64,000 bases of DNA from Candidatus Cloacimonadales bacterium (lineage in GTDB: Bacteria > Cloacimonadota > Cloacimonadia > Cloacimonadales > JAFGVF01). The stretch lies in NCBI GenBank assembly GCA_963663475.2, contig CAXXJV010000002.1, positions 64,001 to 128,000 on the forward strand, in the 5' to 3' direction. This document shows, piece after piece, positions 37,064-47,166 of the stretch. Below the pieces are notes generated by a model. The model was given only the letters and a program-made list of their open reading frames with translations. It was not told the origin of the DNA and ran no database searches. The translations under genes were made by a program, and so were the position numbers. Numbering within the stretch: the first letter of the stretch is position 1; each line of letters begins with the position of its first letter.

Positions 37064-39184
37064 TTATTTGAGCAAGAGAGCTTTTTTAATAACTTCCTGT
37101 TTATCAGATTTATATTTAAAGAAGTAGATACCGGAAGCAACTCTTGTTCGTCTTTGATTTCTACCATCCCAAACAATTTTCTCCTGGTCAATATTATGAT
37201 AAGTTTTTACTATCTGTCCTTTGATATTGTAGATAATAAGCTGATTATTATTACTATCAATAGGAAGTTTGAGAGTAACTTCTGGATTAAAGGGATTAGG
37301 GTAAAGTAACATATCAGTTAAAGAGGCTTGGCTATCAGTCTCATTACTAAGAGCTTGCAATTCAAGAGGACCTAAATCTAAACCACCATTAAAAAATCTA
37401 CTATTCCCCATTATATCAAGTTGGGGAACTTGTAATTGATAGGGGATATCACTAGTCGCAGAATCAATAATTTCGGGGTTAAGACTAAAGTTATAGATTC
37501 CGTTATCATCAATCTCAAAAGCAAGTTCATTTACAAATATATTGTTTAATCCAAAAGAAAAATCCAAAGCATTGAATCTAGTATGATAGGCTTTAGCTGA
37601 AAATAATTGATTATCCATGAAGAAGTTATCAATATTCTGATAAATAATATTATTATAAATAATAGCTTTTGAAATATAAGTTTCAATTATTCCAGTTGAG
37701 TGGAAATCATCAGTATTCAAGACTTCATTATTACAGATAGTATTGTTTATAATTCTGGGATTTGAATAATTTATTAAAGCAAAAGAGCCTCCTAGCTCTG
37801 CTTTATTATCATTAACCTGATTGTTAATAAATGAAATATTAGAATCTTTATTTAAGGCTAAAACGCTTCCATAGTTGGCATAATTATATCTAAAAATCGA
37901 ATTTTCTATTCTTATTTTATCGAAATCATAGACATTGAAAACAGCTCCCGCATCAGTAAAAGAACTTTGCTGGTTAGCAAGAGCTTTTGCATATTCAAAA
38001 ATAGCATATTGAAAAAGTGAAGCTTGGTTACTATCATTAGTCTGGTTATATTTAAAACCATTCCAACATCCTGCTAAATCATTATCATAAGTAAAAAGAT
38101 AAGGGTCTGCTGCTGTGAAAGTAATTCTCTCATCAGCATTTCCTTGAGCAAGAAGAGTGCCTTGGACATCAATATGATAAAATTCATTAAAACTAATATT
38201 AGCTCCTGGAGAAAAAGCTAAAGTTACACCATTTTCTATTAGAACATTATCAGTAACTTGGATATCCAAAGAAGTTAAAAGTAGAGATTCAGAGATGGTT
38301 CCAGACAAAGTAGTCCTATCATCAGGAGTTAAATCTCTTTTATGTTTATTTTCTGATGTATATAGCTTACCAGTATCAAAAGTTTGGCATCCATATCCTA
38401 TAGCTGGGCTATTAGCCTGTAAAGTATAGTCTCCATTTACAGGGTCAGTTAATAATGGATCTAGCATAGAAATATTATTATAAGAGCTGGCATCCTGCCA
38501 AGTAGCTGGAGCAACTCAGCCATAGTCACAGAAAAGGCCATAATGATTCATAGCTATTTCATTAGCCCGCCAATCACTAAAATAAGACCAATTATCTGAA
38601 ACAGTAGGTGGCCCATAAGTCTCAATAAAAATTGTAGAGACAAGGTTATGGCCAGTTGGTAGCCATTCAAGACTTTCACTTGTATAATTAACAAAATCAT
38701 CACCAGTTGAATATGTATCTACAAAGATGTTATTAGTAATAGAAATACCTTGTCCTGCTGAATGAATTCTAACTGCATAATCTTCAGCATGATAAAAGGT
38801 TACGTGGCTTACAGATCCTTGAGGTATAAGATTAGTCCCTTCTGTAGAACCCCTAAATTTTACACCACCATTAATTATTACGCAGTCACTAATATCTAAT
38901 CTTTTATCAGTATATTGAATAGTGATAAAGCCTCCCTGTAAATCAAGGATAGCACCATTACCTATAATATTCACATTAGCACCCAAGGTATCTGTAAAGG
39001 TTCCAGGAATATGGTTATAGAGACCTCCAATAAGCAAAGAGCCTGTATAGACTTGGCCAGTATTTAGAATCAGCACTTTGTCATAAAGAGCTGTACCCTC
39101 AGCGTTATCATAAACTTCTTTTAAGCTTGTTCCATTTAGCAGAACAGCTAATATTAATAGCATTGTAGTTAGATATATTTTCAT
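37064..39184 (-). CDS. Candidate selenoprotein: secreted parallel beta-helix protein with FlgD/T9SS-A-like CTD, 706 aa with in-frame TGA at codon 223 (38516-38518)
   Basis: The two track ORFs share a frame and are joined by TGA plus 16 sense codons (VAPATWQDASSYNNIS). Only the first has a signal peptide and only the second has the CTD. SECIS-like hairpin follows the TGA. Confidence 0.7.
38484..38515 (-). promoter_or_regulatory. Putative bacterial SECIS element
   Basis: UGA-GUUGCUCCAGCUACU-UGGCA-GGA-UGCCA-GCUC: G-led apical loop about 20 nt after the UGA, GC-rich in an AT-rich gene. Confidence 0.6.
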
Positions 39185-39193
39185 CTTATTTTC

Positions 39194-39721
39194 CTATTTC
39201 ATTAAATGTATCTTGCGTATTTTAGAATATCCTTGAGGAGAAGATACTTTGTAAAAATATATTCCGCTATGACAAGTATTCCCCTCATTGTCTTTTCCAT
39301 CCCAATCTAAGCTATGATGTCCTTGAGAAAACTCTTTCTTAACTAGATCCCTTACTAAATGGCCTTTCATATCATAAATCTTTACTTCTATTAAAGCACT
39401 TTTAGGAAGAGAAAAATAAATGTTAGCTTCAGGACTAAAAGGATTTGGATAATAAGCCTCATTAGATATTATATTTTCTTTGTATTCAGCTTCTTGGAGT
39501 AACTCAGTCTTCCTACTAACATCTACAATATCTAGGGTATCGGATATAGTAGTTGAATCAATGTTACTTTTGGCAGAGTATATGTTTAAACTATCAGGAG
39601 AAACTGAGTTAGTAGATGTTAAAGAAGAATAATATCTCATGGAAGTAAAAGAATTATCTTTACAAGCAATAAGGTAGAATATTATAAATAATGCTAAACC
39701 AAGTATAAGTGCTTTTTTCAT
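39194..39721 (-). CDS. Lipoprotein consisting mostly of a FlgD/T9SS-A-like domain
   Basis: MKK start after GGAG; 'LIAC' lipobox; 'YPNPFSPEANI...WDGKD...SGIYFY'. Confidence 0.75.
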   Translation of the reverse strand: MKKALILGLALFIIFYLIACKDNSFTSMRYYSSLTSTNSVSPDSLNIYSAKSNIDSTTISDTLDIVDVSRKTELLQEAEYKENIISNEAYYPNPFSPEANIYFSLPKSALIEVKIYDMKGHLVRDLVKKEFSQGHHSLDWDGKDNEGNTCHSGIYFYKVSSPQGYSKIRKIHLMK

Positions 39722-39800
39722 TATAACTCCTTTTTTATAAGACAAGCAAGTAAGGTAAGAGTCAGCAAATCTACTTTAGATGTTATAAGAATCTCTTATT

Positions 39801-40973
39801 TTATTTAATCTTAATCTGTTTAATTACTGTCACTTCTCCCAGTGAATTTTCAAACTTAAATAAATAAATTCCACTAGAGAAATTAGTAAGCTTAAGATTT
39901 GAAGTTTTAGAGGAGTTTACTCGGGAAGAATATATCTTTTGTCCTTTAATATTATAAATACTTATTTTCTCGATTAGATTTTTTGAAGAAAAATTAACTT
40001 CATCAATAAAAGGATTAGGATAAAGAGAAACAATAAAATCATTAGCAATAACATCATTATCTGAGTTATTAACTACTTCTTCATAATTATAATCGTATTT
40101 ATAGGAGTTGTTCCATATTTGATTTTCATTATCCCATAACTTGGATATAAGCTGGCTAGTATTCAAATTATCATTATAGTAATACTGGTAGTTATCATAG
40201 TATTGCCATTGATTATCAGCAAAAGTTATCCCTTCAGTGTAATTTATAAGGCCATTTGTATCGTAAGTATGATTATATTGAAGATAACTTAGCCAAGTTG
40301 TTTCAGACCATGATTGCCAGTCTTCATGAATAATTGAACCACTATCATTACGCTGATAAATACCTTTAATATAGTTGTTCCAGTTAACATCATCAGTTGA
40401 GTAAGTCCAAGTCTCAACTTCTACTCTCCCTTGACTATCATATTCATAAGCTACATCATAAATAGCATCAATTTCTTTGGCTGAAGAGAAGTAAGTCCAT
40501 TCTTCATTAATAAGAAAACCCTCATTATCATAGATATAATCAATATGTAAATATGGTTGCCAAGTGTCATTAGACCAGAAGTCTTGCTGATAAGTAAGAA
40601 TTAAATCTTCTTCATTATATGTATAAGTTTCTTGTTGATAATTTATCCAACCATTATCATAAATTTGATAGATTTCTTGAAGTATTCTATCTTCTTGGTA
40701 AGTATAAATATAATTTTCAATTTCTAACCAGTTATCTTCTATATTTTGCTTTACAAGTACAGATTCTAAGCTTGCATCTTGATAGCTATATTCAGCTTTA
40801 TAAGTTTCAATAAAATCATAAGTTAAGCTATCAGCTAGACTATAGATATAACTTACAAGGTGGTCATCTCTAAGAGGTGATTTATGCTTAATTTCTGGTT
40901 TTTTTAGTATATTAAGACTCCACAGAGAAGTCATAAGAAATATAATAAACAAGAAGAGGGAAAGTTTCTTCAT
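39801..40973 (-). CDS. Secreted protein with W/Y-rich beta-hairpin repeats and T9SS-A-like CTD
   Basis: Signal peptide; about 7 'W.....Y.Y....' repeats; 'LYPNPF...SGIYLF'. Confidence 0.75.
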   Translation of the reverse strand: MKKLSLFLFIIFLMTSLWSLNILKKPEIKHKSPLRDDHLVSYIYSLADSLTYDFIETYKAEYSYQDASLESVLVKQNIEDNWLEIENYIYTYQEDRILQEIYQIYDNGWINYQQETYTYNEEDLILTYQQDFWSNDTWQPYLHIDYIYDNEGFLINEEWTYFSSAKEIDAIYDVAYEYDSQGRVEVETWTYSTDDVNWNNYIKGIYQRNDSGSIIHEDWQSWSETTWLSYLQYNHTYDTNGLINYTEGITFADNQWQYYDNYQYYYNDNLNTSQLISKLWDNENQIWNNSYKYDYNYEEVVNNSDNDVIANDFIVSLYPNPFIDEVNFSSKNLIEKISIYNIKGQKIYSSRVNSSKTSNLKLTNFSSGIYLFKFENSLGEVTVIKQIKIK

Positions 40974-41902
40974 TAGTTTTCTCCAACATTTTTTTCTATA
41001 ATAAAACGACCTTGATTATTGACAAGTAAAATTATACAATTACCAAAGATAGTATATTGGTCAGGATTATTTAATTCTTCATCATAATGGAATATTAGCT
41101 GGCTTCCATTAGGAAGAATCTGCTTCACAAGTAAATTAGCTGAGTCTAAATCAGCTTCTACAGGTATATATAATATAGGGTAGAGGTCTTGTCCTGGATT
41201 GTTTATTACCATATTGAAAGATACAGGGAAATCACTGAGTTTGAGGTCATATTCTGCTAAAAAAGATGAAGTTTTTCTCTCTAAAGTGATTTGAGAAACT
41301 CCTAGAGGAAGTAAATTTCTCGGAAGAATAAACTGGGCTTGATAAAGAGATAAATTAATGTCATCAGTATCAGCAGGATCAATGACTAAAGTAACTGAAC
41401 TCGTAGCTTCATTTTCATAAAGTGTTTGATAAAATCCACTATCACTGAGGATAAAATAACAAAAGTCATTCTCTAAGTATGCTCCGAAACCATTAATACT
41501 ATCAGACTTTGGATAAGGATAAAAACGTGAGTAAGCACCTTGATACTTAAGACCTAAATAAGTGAAATCATCTGTTGGAATAGCAATTATCGGTGTAAAA
41601 TCAGAAGTTGTTACTAGGTCATTTTCCTTATTAATTAGTTCAATTAGATAAGAATAGGAAGTATTAGTGAAGTTGTAAAAATCAGCAATAAAGGAAAAAT
41701 CATTACTTTCTCTTAGCTGAACTCTTATTAACAAAGAATCATTCTCTGTTGGGTATATTCCTTCAGAAGTAATATAGATAGCTTGATCTATTAAATCAAA
41801 AGGAGATAGACCAGCAGGTAAGCTCTCATCTTCTCTAAGATTACAGCCTATAAACAAGAAGGAAATTAGACTTAATAAAAGAAATCTAAAATACATATCC
41901 AA
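40973..41902 (-). CDS. Hypothetical lipoprotein
   Basis: 'LFIGC' lipobox; overlaps both neighbours. Confidence 0.65.
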   Translation of the reverse strand: MDMYFRFLLLSLISFLFIGCNLREDESLPAGLSPFDLIDQAIYITSEGIYPTENDSLLIRVQLRESNDFSFIADFYNFTNTSYSYLIELINKENDLVTTSDFTPIIAIPTDDFTYLGLKYQGAYSRFYPYPKSDSINGFGAYLENDFCYFILSDSGFYQTLYENEATSSVTLVIDPADTDDINLSLYQAQFILPRNLLPLGVSQITLERKTSSFLAEYDLKLSDFPVSFNMVINNPGQDLYPILYIPVEADLDSANLLVKQILPNGSQLIFHYDEELNNPDQYTIFGNCIILLVNNQGRFIIEKNVGEN

Positions 41903-43064
41903 ATCCTAAGCTATAAGAATTTCTTTCATAATCTTCATTTGCATAACCTATAAGTAATGTATAATCACTCAAGCTTATTAGCCAAGTAATAGCTTGCTTT
42001 ATCTTAGCGATATCATAATTATCATAAGGCATTAAATACTTGTTATAAGCAAAATTACTTTGACCTAATGTTAGATCATAAGAAAAAGAAATATTGTAAA
42101 TAGGTTGATAAGTAAGATTAGCATGATAGAGAAGGTCTTCTTTATCATAATCAGGAGTAATGTAATCTAAATATAGGTAACTTACACCACATGCAATATC
42201 AATTTGAGAAAAATCTAGCATATAATTTGCTCTTATTTCTTGGGCAGATAATGATTCATAGTAAGAATAACCTGTCATTAAGGACAAGTTATTATGAAAA
42301 TATAGACTAGGAATGATATAAGAAGATTGCATAGCTATACCATAAGCATCATATAATTTCTTAAAATCCCCTTTAGCTGAAAAACAAGCTAATTTGAAAG
42401 TTAATTTTTTATAATTAATAGCTGTTTGTAGGCTAATCAAATCTCTTTTAGCATTATCTCCAGAATTATGATTCCAGTTTATCCCTAGAGAATATTGACC
42501 TTTAATCCAATTATAGGATAAATTTGTATTATAAGTAGCATTGGCTTTACTTGTTGCTAAGAAAATACTATTACTTCTCCAATTATCTTCTAAATATTCA
42601 AGTGATAAAGTATCATTATTTACCTTTAGAAGCTTTAAATCTGGATAAGCTAGACCTGAATTCCCTATAAAATATGCAGACCAGCCTCTTCCTAAAAGAT
42701 CTAAATCTGAATTATTTGCCTGCTTACTAGCTTTATTATAATAGAAATAAGCAGGATAATACTTAGCTAGCATATAATATGAATAGGCTAAGTTTCTATA
42801 ATATCTAGCATCATCACATTGATAATTCTTACTAAAATCAATAACTTCTTTGAATTTCTCTTGATAAAGTAAACTCGAACTTAATCCTATTAATACTTCC
42901 TTTTCCTGATTACCAGAATCTATTAAATCTTGATAAAGATATTCAGAAATAATATAATAACCTAAATCAAAGTTTCTTTTTGCTTCTTCTAAACTAGTGG
43001 AAAAGAGAGAAATAAAAGAGAATACAAAAAAAAGAAAGCAATATCTACTTAAGTTTACTCTCAT
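41886..43064 (-). CDS. TPR-containing putative outer-membrane beta-barrel protein
   Basis: Signal peptide, N-terminal TPR-like helices, alternating beta-strands, terminal 'LGFGYVF'. Confidence 0.65.
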   Translation of the reverse strand: MRVNLSRYCFLFFVFSFISLFSTSLEEAKRNFDLGYYIISEYLYQDLIDSGNQEKEVLIGLSSSLLYQEKFKEVIDFSKNYQCDDARYYRNLAYSYYMLAKYYPAYFYYNKASKQANNSDLDLLGRGWSAYFIGNSGLAYPDLKLLKVNNDTLSLEYLEDNWRSNSIFLATSKANATYNTNLSYNWIKGQYSLGINWNHNSGDNAKRDLISLQTAINYKKLTFKLACFSAKGDFKKLYDAYGIAMQSSYIIPSLYFHNNLSLMTGYSYYESLSAQEIRANYMLDFSQIDIACGVSYLYLDYITPDYDKEDLLYHANLTYQPIYNISFSYDLTLGQSNFAYNKYLMPYDNYDIAKIKQAITWLISLSDYTLLIGYANEDYERNSYSLGFGYVF

Positions 43065-43653
43065 ACATCTCTATAAATTCATTACTTGGATTCATCTTTT
43101 TTAATTTCTGAAAAACACTTTTAGCTTTATTAATCTGATTAGATTCAACTAAAGAACTCAAGTAATATCCTAAACAAGATATGTTATATGAGTAAATATC
43201 ACAGGCCTGTTGATAATAGCTAGCTGCATTTTGCCAGTCTTGAAGAGCATAATAGGAATAAGCAATTTTGGCTAAAGTTAAAAAACTCTGGGGATTTATA
43301 CTTATAACCTGTTTACCATACTCAATAGTTTCTTGCCAGTTACCAAGCATATAGTTTGACACTACAATTCCTTCTAGTGCTTCTAAATTATTATCTAGAT
43401 TATAACTTACTGTATAATATTTCAAAGCATCTGTATAGTTATAAAGGGAATAATACAACCAGGCAGTACGTAAATTATAATAAGCATCTGATGGGGCTAA
43501 ATGAGTAACTGCAAACATATTTGTTAAGGCTTGCTGATAATTGCCATTATTTTCATATTCGTAAGACTTTTCTACTAACTCATCAACTTTTGTTCCTGCT
43601 AATAATAGGGAACTGAAAACTAATACCAAGATTATAAGAATTGATTTTTTCAT
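43045..43653 (-). CDS. Secreted tetratricopeptide-repeat protein
   Basis: Signal peptide MKKSILIIL...; repeated 'AWLYY..Y..AL..Y' / 'AYSYY...W..AA..Y' TPRs. Confidence 0.8.
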   Translation of the reverse strand: MKKSILIILVLVFSSLLLAGTKVDELVEKSYEYENNGNYQQALTNMFAVTHLAPSDAYYNLRTAWLYYSLYNYTDALKYYTVSYNLDNNLEALEGIVVSNYMLGNWQETIEYGKQVISINPQSFLTLAKIAYSYYALQDWQNAASYYQQACDIYSYNISCLGYYLSSLVESNQINKAKSVFQKLKKMNPSNEFIEMYESKLK

Positions 43654-43654
43654 T

Positions 43655-45814
43655 TTATTCCTCAATTAATTCTACTTTCATTATTTCTGTATTACCATCA
43701 TTTAAGGTAATTTTGGTAATACCTATTAAATCTTTGATCTCAACTCTTCCATTAAAAGATCTTATTCTTTTCCCCATTATATTAAGTTCTGTTTGTGTGG
43801 CAACAATAATTGTCTTGTCTTCCATACTAACCCTTGATTTACTCCTAACAGTTGAAACTTTACCTAATGATTGAAGTAAGATTAAGGTGTTTTCCCAGAA
43901 AGGATTAAGAACTATTGAATATGGCGGTAAATCTTGCCATTCTAAACCTTCATCTTCTTGATAAAGGGGAAGTCTACTCATTAAAATTGCTAAGGCTTGA
44001 AGTCCACTCTTTTTATTACCTTTAAAATCTAATACATTAAATATTCCATCATAAACAGAAAATTCAAGACTAGTCTTCTTGTCAGATTTAATATAGAATC
44101 TTCCTAGTAAGTCAACTTCAACAGTCCATTTCTCAACAAAGGTCTCATTTCCGTAGCTGACTTTAAAAGATGAGGTATCTTCAACTTTCAGATGCAACAA
44201 ATCTTGTAGATAATTAACAGGGATTAAAGCAGAAATTAGGTCATCTTTTTCAGGTATTGCATAAGCATTAAAGGAGAGCTTATCCTCTCTTTTTTTATAG
44301 TTCAAGAGGTTAGATTTAATAGTTTGACTACCTGGTTCTGCTCCTCTTTGAATATTAAAATGAAGGTGGGGAACAGCTGATCTTCCAGAATTACCTACTA
44401 AAGCAATTTTCTCACCTTTAGCTATCCATTCTCCTTTTTTAACTTTAATAGTTCCTTTTTTAATATGACAATACATAGAATATATACCAAATCCGTGGTT
44501 TAGTACAACAAAGTTACCCCAGTTTTCTCTTGTATTAATCTGGCCAATTGGATTATCTTCAATACCATCAATATAATTAGCTACCCAGCCAGCAGCAGAG
44601 GCTAAGATAGGCTTACCATAACAATAAAAATCTTTGGTACTTTGGCCATCTCCCCTGTACTTACTTCCTTGTTCATCAGTAATTTCAAAGTCCCATGCAT
44701 AAGCCCATTGTTCTCGATGGGTAATTTCTCCATGGTTACCTTGAGTAACTTTCCATTCTCCCACAAAAGGAAGATAGAATTGAAGTCCATCAGCTTGATA
44801 AAATCTCCTAATTTTTGAGTAATAATATTTTAAATTATCTTCAGGTATAAAGATGCCAAAGTTAGCAATGTTTGGGTGTTTATTTTGTAGTCTTAAACGT
44901 AAAGCAATAACTATAACCATAACTGTAATGTTCATAGGAAAGGCATAAGGAGCTACATAATAATTCTCGAATAAAAACTGGAAGGCATAAGTTATGATAA
45001 AACCAAGGATACAGGAAAAACCAGCTATAATGTATGATGCTAAGGAAGGTATAAAAAATACACCACCAATACTGATTGCAATTAACATCAGATTTAAGGC
45101 TGTATAGGATATTTGGTATAAACCAATCGTTTCTAAGTAAGCAGTATTAAAGATTGATACAAAGTAGAAGGATATTCCAAAACCCATTAAGGAAAGGAAA
45201 AAACCAATTCTAGAGGTAAGAATTAAGGCTAAAGCAATTAGTAAGCCGGACAGGATATAGGGTGTGAAAAAGATAGAACCTAATGATTGCAAGTAATAGG
45301 TTATAATATTTGTTTCCATAAACTCATTACCCAAGACTATGAACCTATCTTGAACACTTGTTACTTGACCAATTCTCATAATAAAGAAGGAGAAAAGGAT
45401 TGCCACGATAGAAAAAGATATACTCATAGAGGGCATATTCAGATAAGTTGTAGTAAGATAATTTAAGGTAATGAATAAGAGTAAGGTTATAACAGATGAA
45501 CCAAATAATACTAGCCAATAGGATGAAGTCCAGAAGAGTTCATTAGGCATAAAGAAGCCTATCCCTAGAGAAATAAGCATTGAATTAAAGCCATGAATTC
45601 CGCTTCTTGATGTCCAGTCTTCAAAAGAGAGAATTCTTGCAAACAAGATAGCAATCAGAGCTCCCAAGATACCTGTGAGGCCTGTTAATGGTTCGACTAA
45701 TGTTGCTAAAAGAATAAATAAGCCTACCTCTATCTTCTCACTGAAAAGAATAGAGGAGTAGGCATTTATTATTGATAATCCAAGGTTTTTTAGATTATTA
45801 AAGAAACTTGTCAC
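43655..45814 (-). CDS. Urea-transporter-family membrane domain fused to an M23 peptidase domain
   Basis: 'GIHGFNSML', 'LGSIFF', 'YAFPMN' UT-like TMs; 'H...AWDF', 'GNFVV', 'GNSGRSAVPHLHF' M23 motifs. Confidence 0.8.
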   Translation of the reverse strand: MTSFFNNLKNLGLSIINAYSSILFSEKIEVGLFILLATLVEPLTGLTGILGALIAILFARILSFEDWTSRSGIHGFNSMLISLGIGFFMPNELFWTSSYWLVLFGSSVITLLLFITLNYLTTTYLNMPSMSISFSIVAILFSFFIMRIGQVTSVQDRFIVLGNEFMETNIITYYLQSLGSIFFTPYILSGLLIALALILTSRIGFFLSLMGFGISFYFVSIFNTAYLETIGLYQISYTALNLMLIAISIGGVFFIPSLASYIIAGFSCILGFIITYAFQFLFENYYVAPYAFPMNITVMVIVIALRLRLQNKHPNIANFGIFIPEDNLKYYYSKIRRFYQADGLQFYLPFVGEWKVTQGNHGEITHREQWAYAWDFEITDEQGSKYRGDGQSTKDFYCYGKPILASAAGWVANYIDGIEDNPIGQINTRENWGNFVVLNHGFGIYSMYCHIKKGTIKVKKGEWIAKGEKIALVGNSGRSAVPHLHFNIQRGAEPGSQTIKSNLLNYKKREDKLSFNAYAIPEKDDLISALIPVNYLQDLLHLKVEDTSSFKVSYGNETFVEKWTVEVDLLGRFYIKSDKKTSLEFSVYDGIFNVLDFKGNKKSGLQALAILMSRLPLYQEDEGLEWQDLPPYSIVLNPFWENTLILLQSLGKVSTVRSKSRVSMEDKTIIVATQTELNIMGKRIRSFNGRVEIKDLIGITKITLNDGNTEIMKVELIEE

Positions 45815-47166
45815 TAGATTATCCTTAAGTATTCAGGTATTTTTTCTCTAGAATTAATATCGCTTAATCCTTCTCTTTCTCTGATTAGGTTAGTCTGACC
45901 AGTTTCAGAAATCAAACAAACACCAGGTCTATATTCAATGAATTGCATCCATTGAGTAACATTATAAGCACCAACAGGGAATACTATCAGTTGGTCACCA
46001 ATCTTCAAATCAGGATATGGGGTTGAATGTTTAACAATATCAATGTTCATACATAAAGGCCCATAGAATATAGTAGGCATAGAAGAACCAGAAATTGGTT
46101 GGGCTGGAAGGATTTTAAGGTTATACCACCAAGTAGTGAAGAGGATATTAACACCTGCATCTATTACAACAGCTCTTTCCCCAGTTGGTAAGTCTCTTTT
46201 TCCAATAACTTGGGTAATGAGAGTACCTGCTTCATCAACTAAAACTCTACCAGTTTCTAAGATTAGGCGAGGTTCTTCATCTTTGGCAAATTCTGATTCA
46301 TTAAAAGCTTTACCTATAGCAGTAGCATACTGGTCGAAAGAAGGAGAAGAAAACTCACCTGGAGTATATTGATTGTGGAGAGTATTTTTAGAAGCAAATC
46401 CTCCACCTAAGTCAATATATTTTACAACTATATCAAAGTTATCTTTTACTTTTTGGGCAAGAGTTAAGAGTTTTGAAGCTGAGATATAGTAAGGGTTAGC
46501 ATCAAGCATAAAAGTTCCAATATGGGCATGGAGGCCAATTAAATCCATTTTATTACCTTGAATTAATCTTTGCAAAGTTCTATAGGCTTCTCCGTTATCA
46601 TAGTTGAAACCAAATCTTTGCCATTGAGGATAAATACCCGTATCCATATTTACCCTTATTGCTACTTGTGGACGAATAGCTAACTCATCAGCAACTTCTT
46701 CTAGCATAATAAGTTCATGAAAATGATCAATATGAATTGTTACTCCATCTTCAACCACTCTTAGTAAATCATCTTTACGTTTGCCAGGACCATTGAATAT
46801 AATATCTTTGCCTTCAATACCTAGGTGCTTAGCCATTTCGTATTCCATAATAGAAACTACTTCTGCTTTAGCTCCTTCTTGGTGGAAAATAGAGCAGATT
46901 GCTCCTAGATAATTTGTTTTATAAGACCATGATACTTCGCTATTACTATAAAATTGTTTTAGAATAGAAGTTAACTCGCGATAAGAGTCTCTAATTTTTG
47001 CTTCAGAATAAACAAATAAAGGAGAACCGTATTTTTCTGTTAAAGATTTAACTGGAACACCAGCAATTCTATCTTGGAAGTTGATGGCATTTTTGTTATG
47101 TGCTATTTTATTACTCAACCCTGATTGATTTCTTAATATTCTAGGTGGATTATATTGTTTTTTCAT
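45814..47166 (-). CDS. Fold-type III PLP-dependent decarboxylase (LysA/Orn-DAP-Arg family)
   Basis: 'YGSPLFVY', PLP lysine 'SYKTN', 'FNGPGK', 'HAHIG', 'DLGGG', 'ETGR', 'GPLCMNID', 'VGAY'. Confidence 0.85.
   Translation of the reverse strand: MKKQYNPPRILRNQSGLSNKIAHNKNAINFQDRIAGVPVKSLTEKYGSPLFVYSEAKIRDSYRELTSILKQFYSNSEVSWSYKTNYLGAICSIFHQEGAKAEVVSIMEYEMAKHLGIEGKDIIFNGPGKRKDDLLRVVEDGVTIHIDHFHELIMLEEVADELAIRPQVAIRVNMDTGIYPQWQRFGFNYDNGEAYRTLQRLIQGNKMDLIGLHAHIGTFMLDANPYYISASKLLTLAQKVKDNFDIVVKYIDLGGGFASKNTLHNQYTPGEFSSPSFDQYATAIGKAFNESEFAKDEEPRLILETGRVLVDEAGTLITQVIGKRDLPTGERAVVIDAGVNILFTTWWYNLKILPAQPISGSSMPTIFYGPLCMNIDIVKHSTPYPDLKIGDQLIVFPVGAYNVTQWMQFIEYRPGVCLISETGQTNLIREREGLSDINSREKIPEYLRII

Noticed and set aside
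38516-38518. Genome-wide UGA reassignment (code 4 or 25)
   Set aside because: TGA terminates ordinary genes here (e.g. 4049, 55713, 60396) and Trp is encoded by TGG
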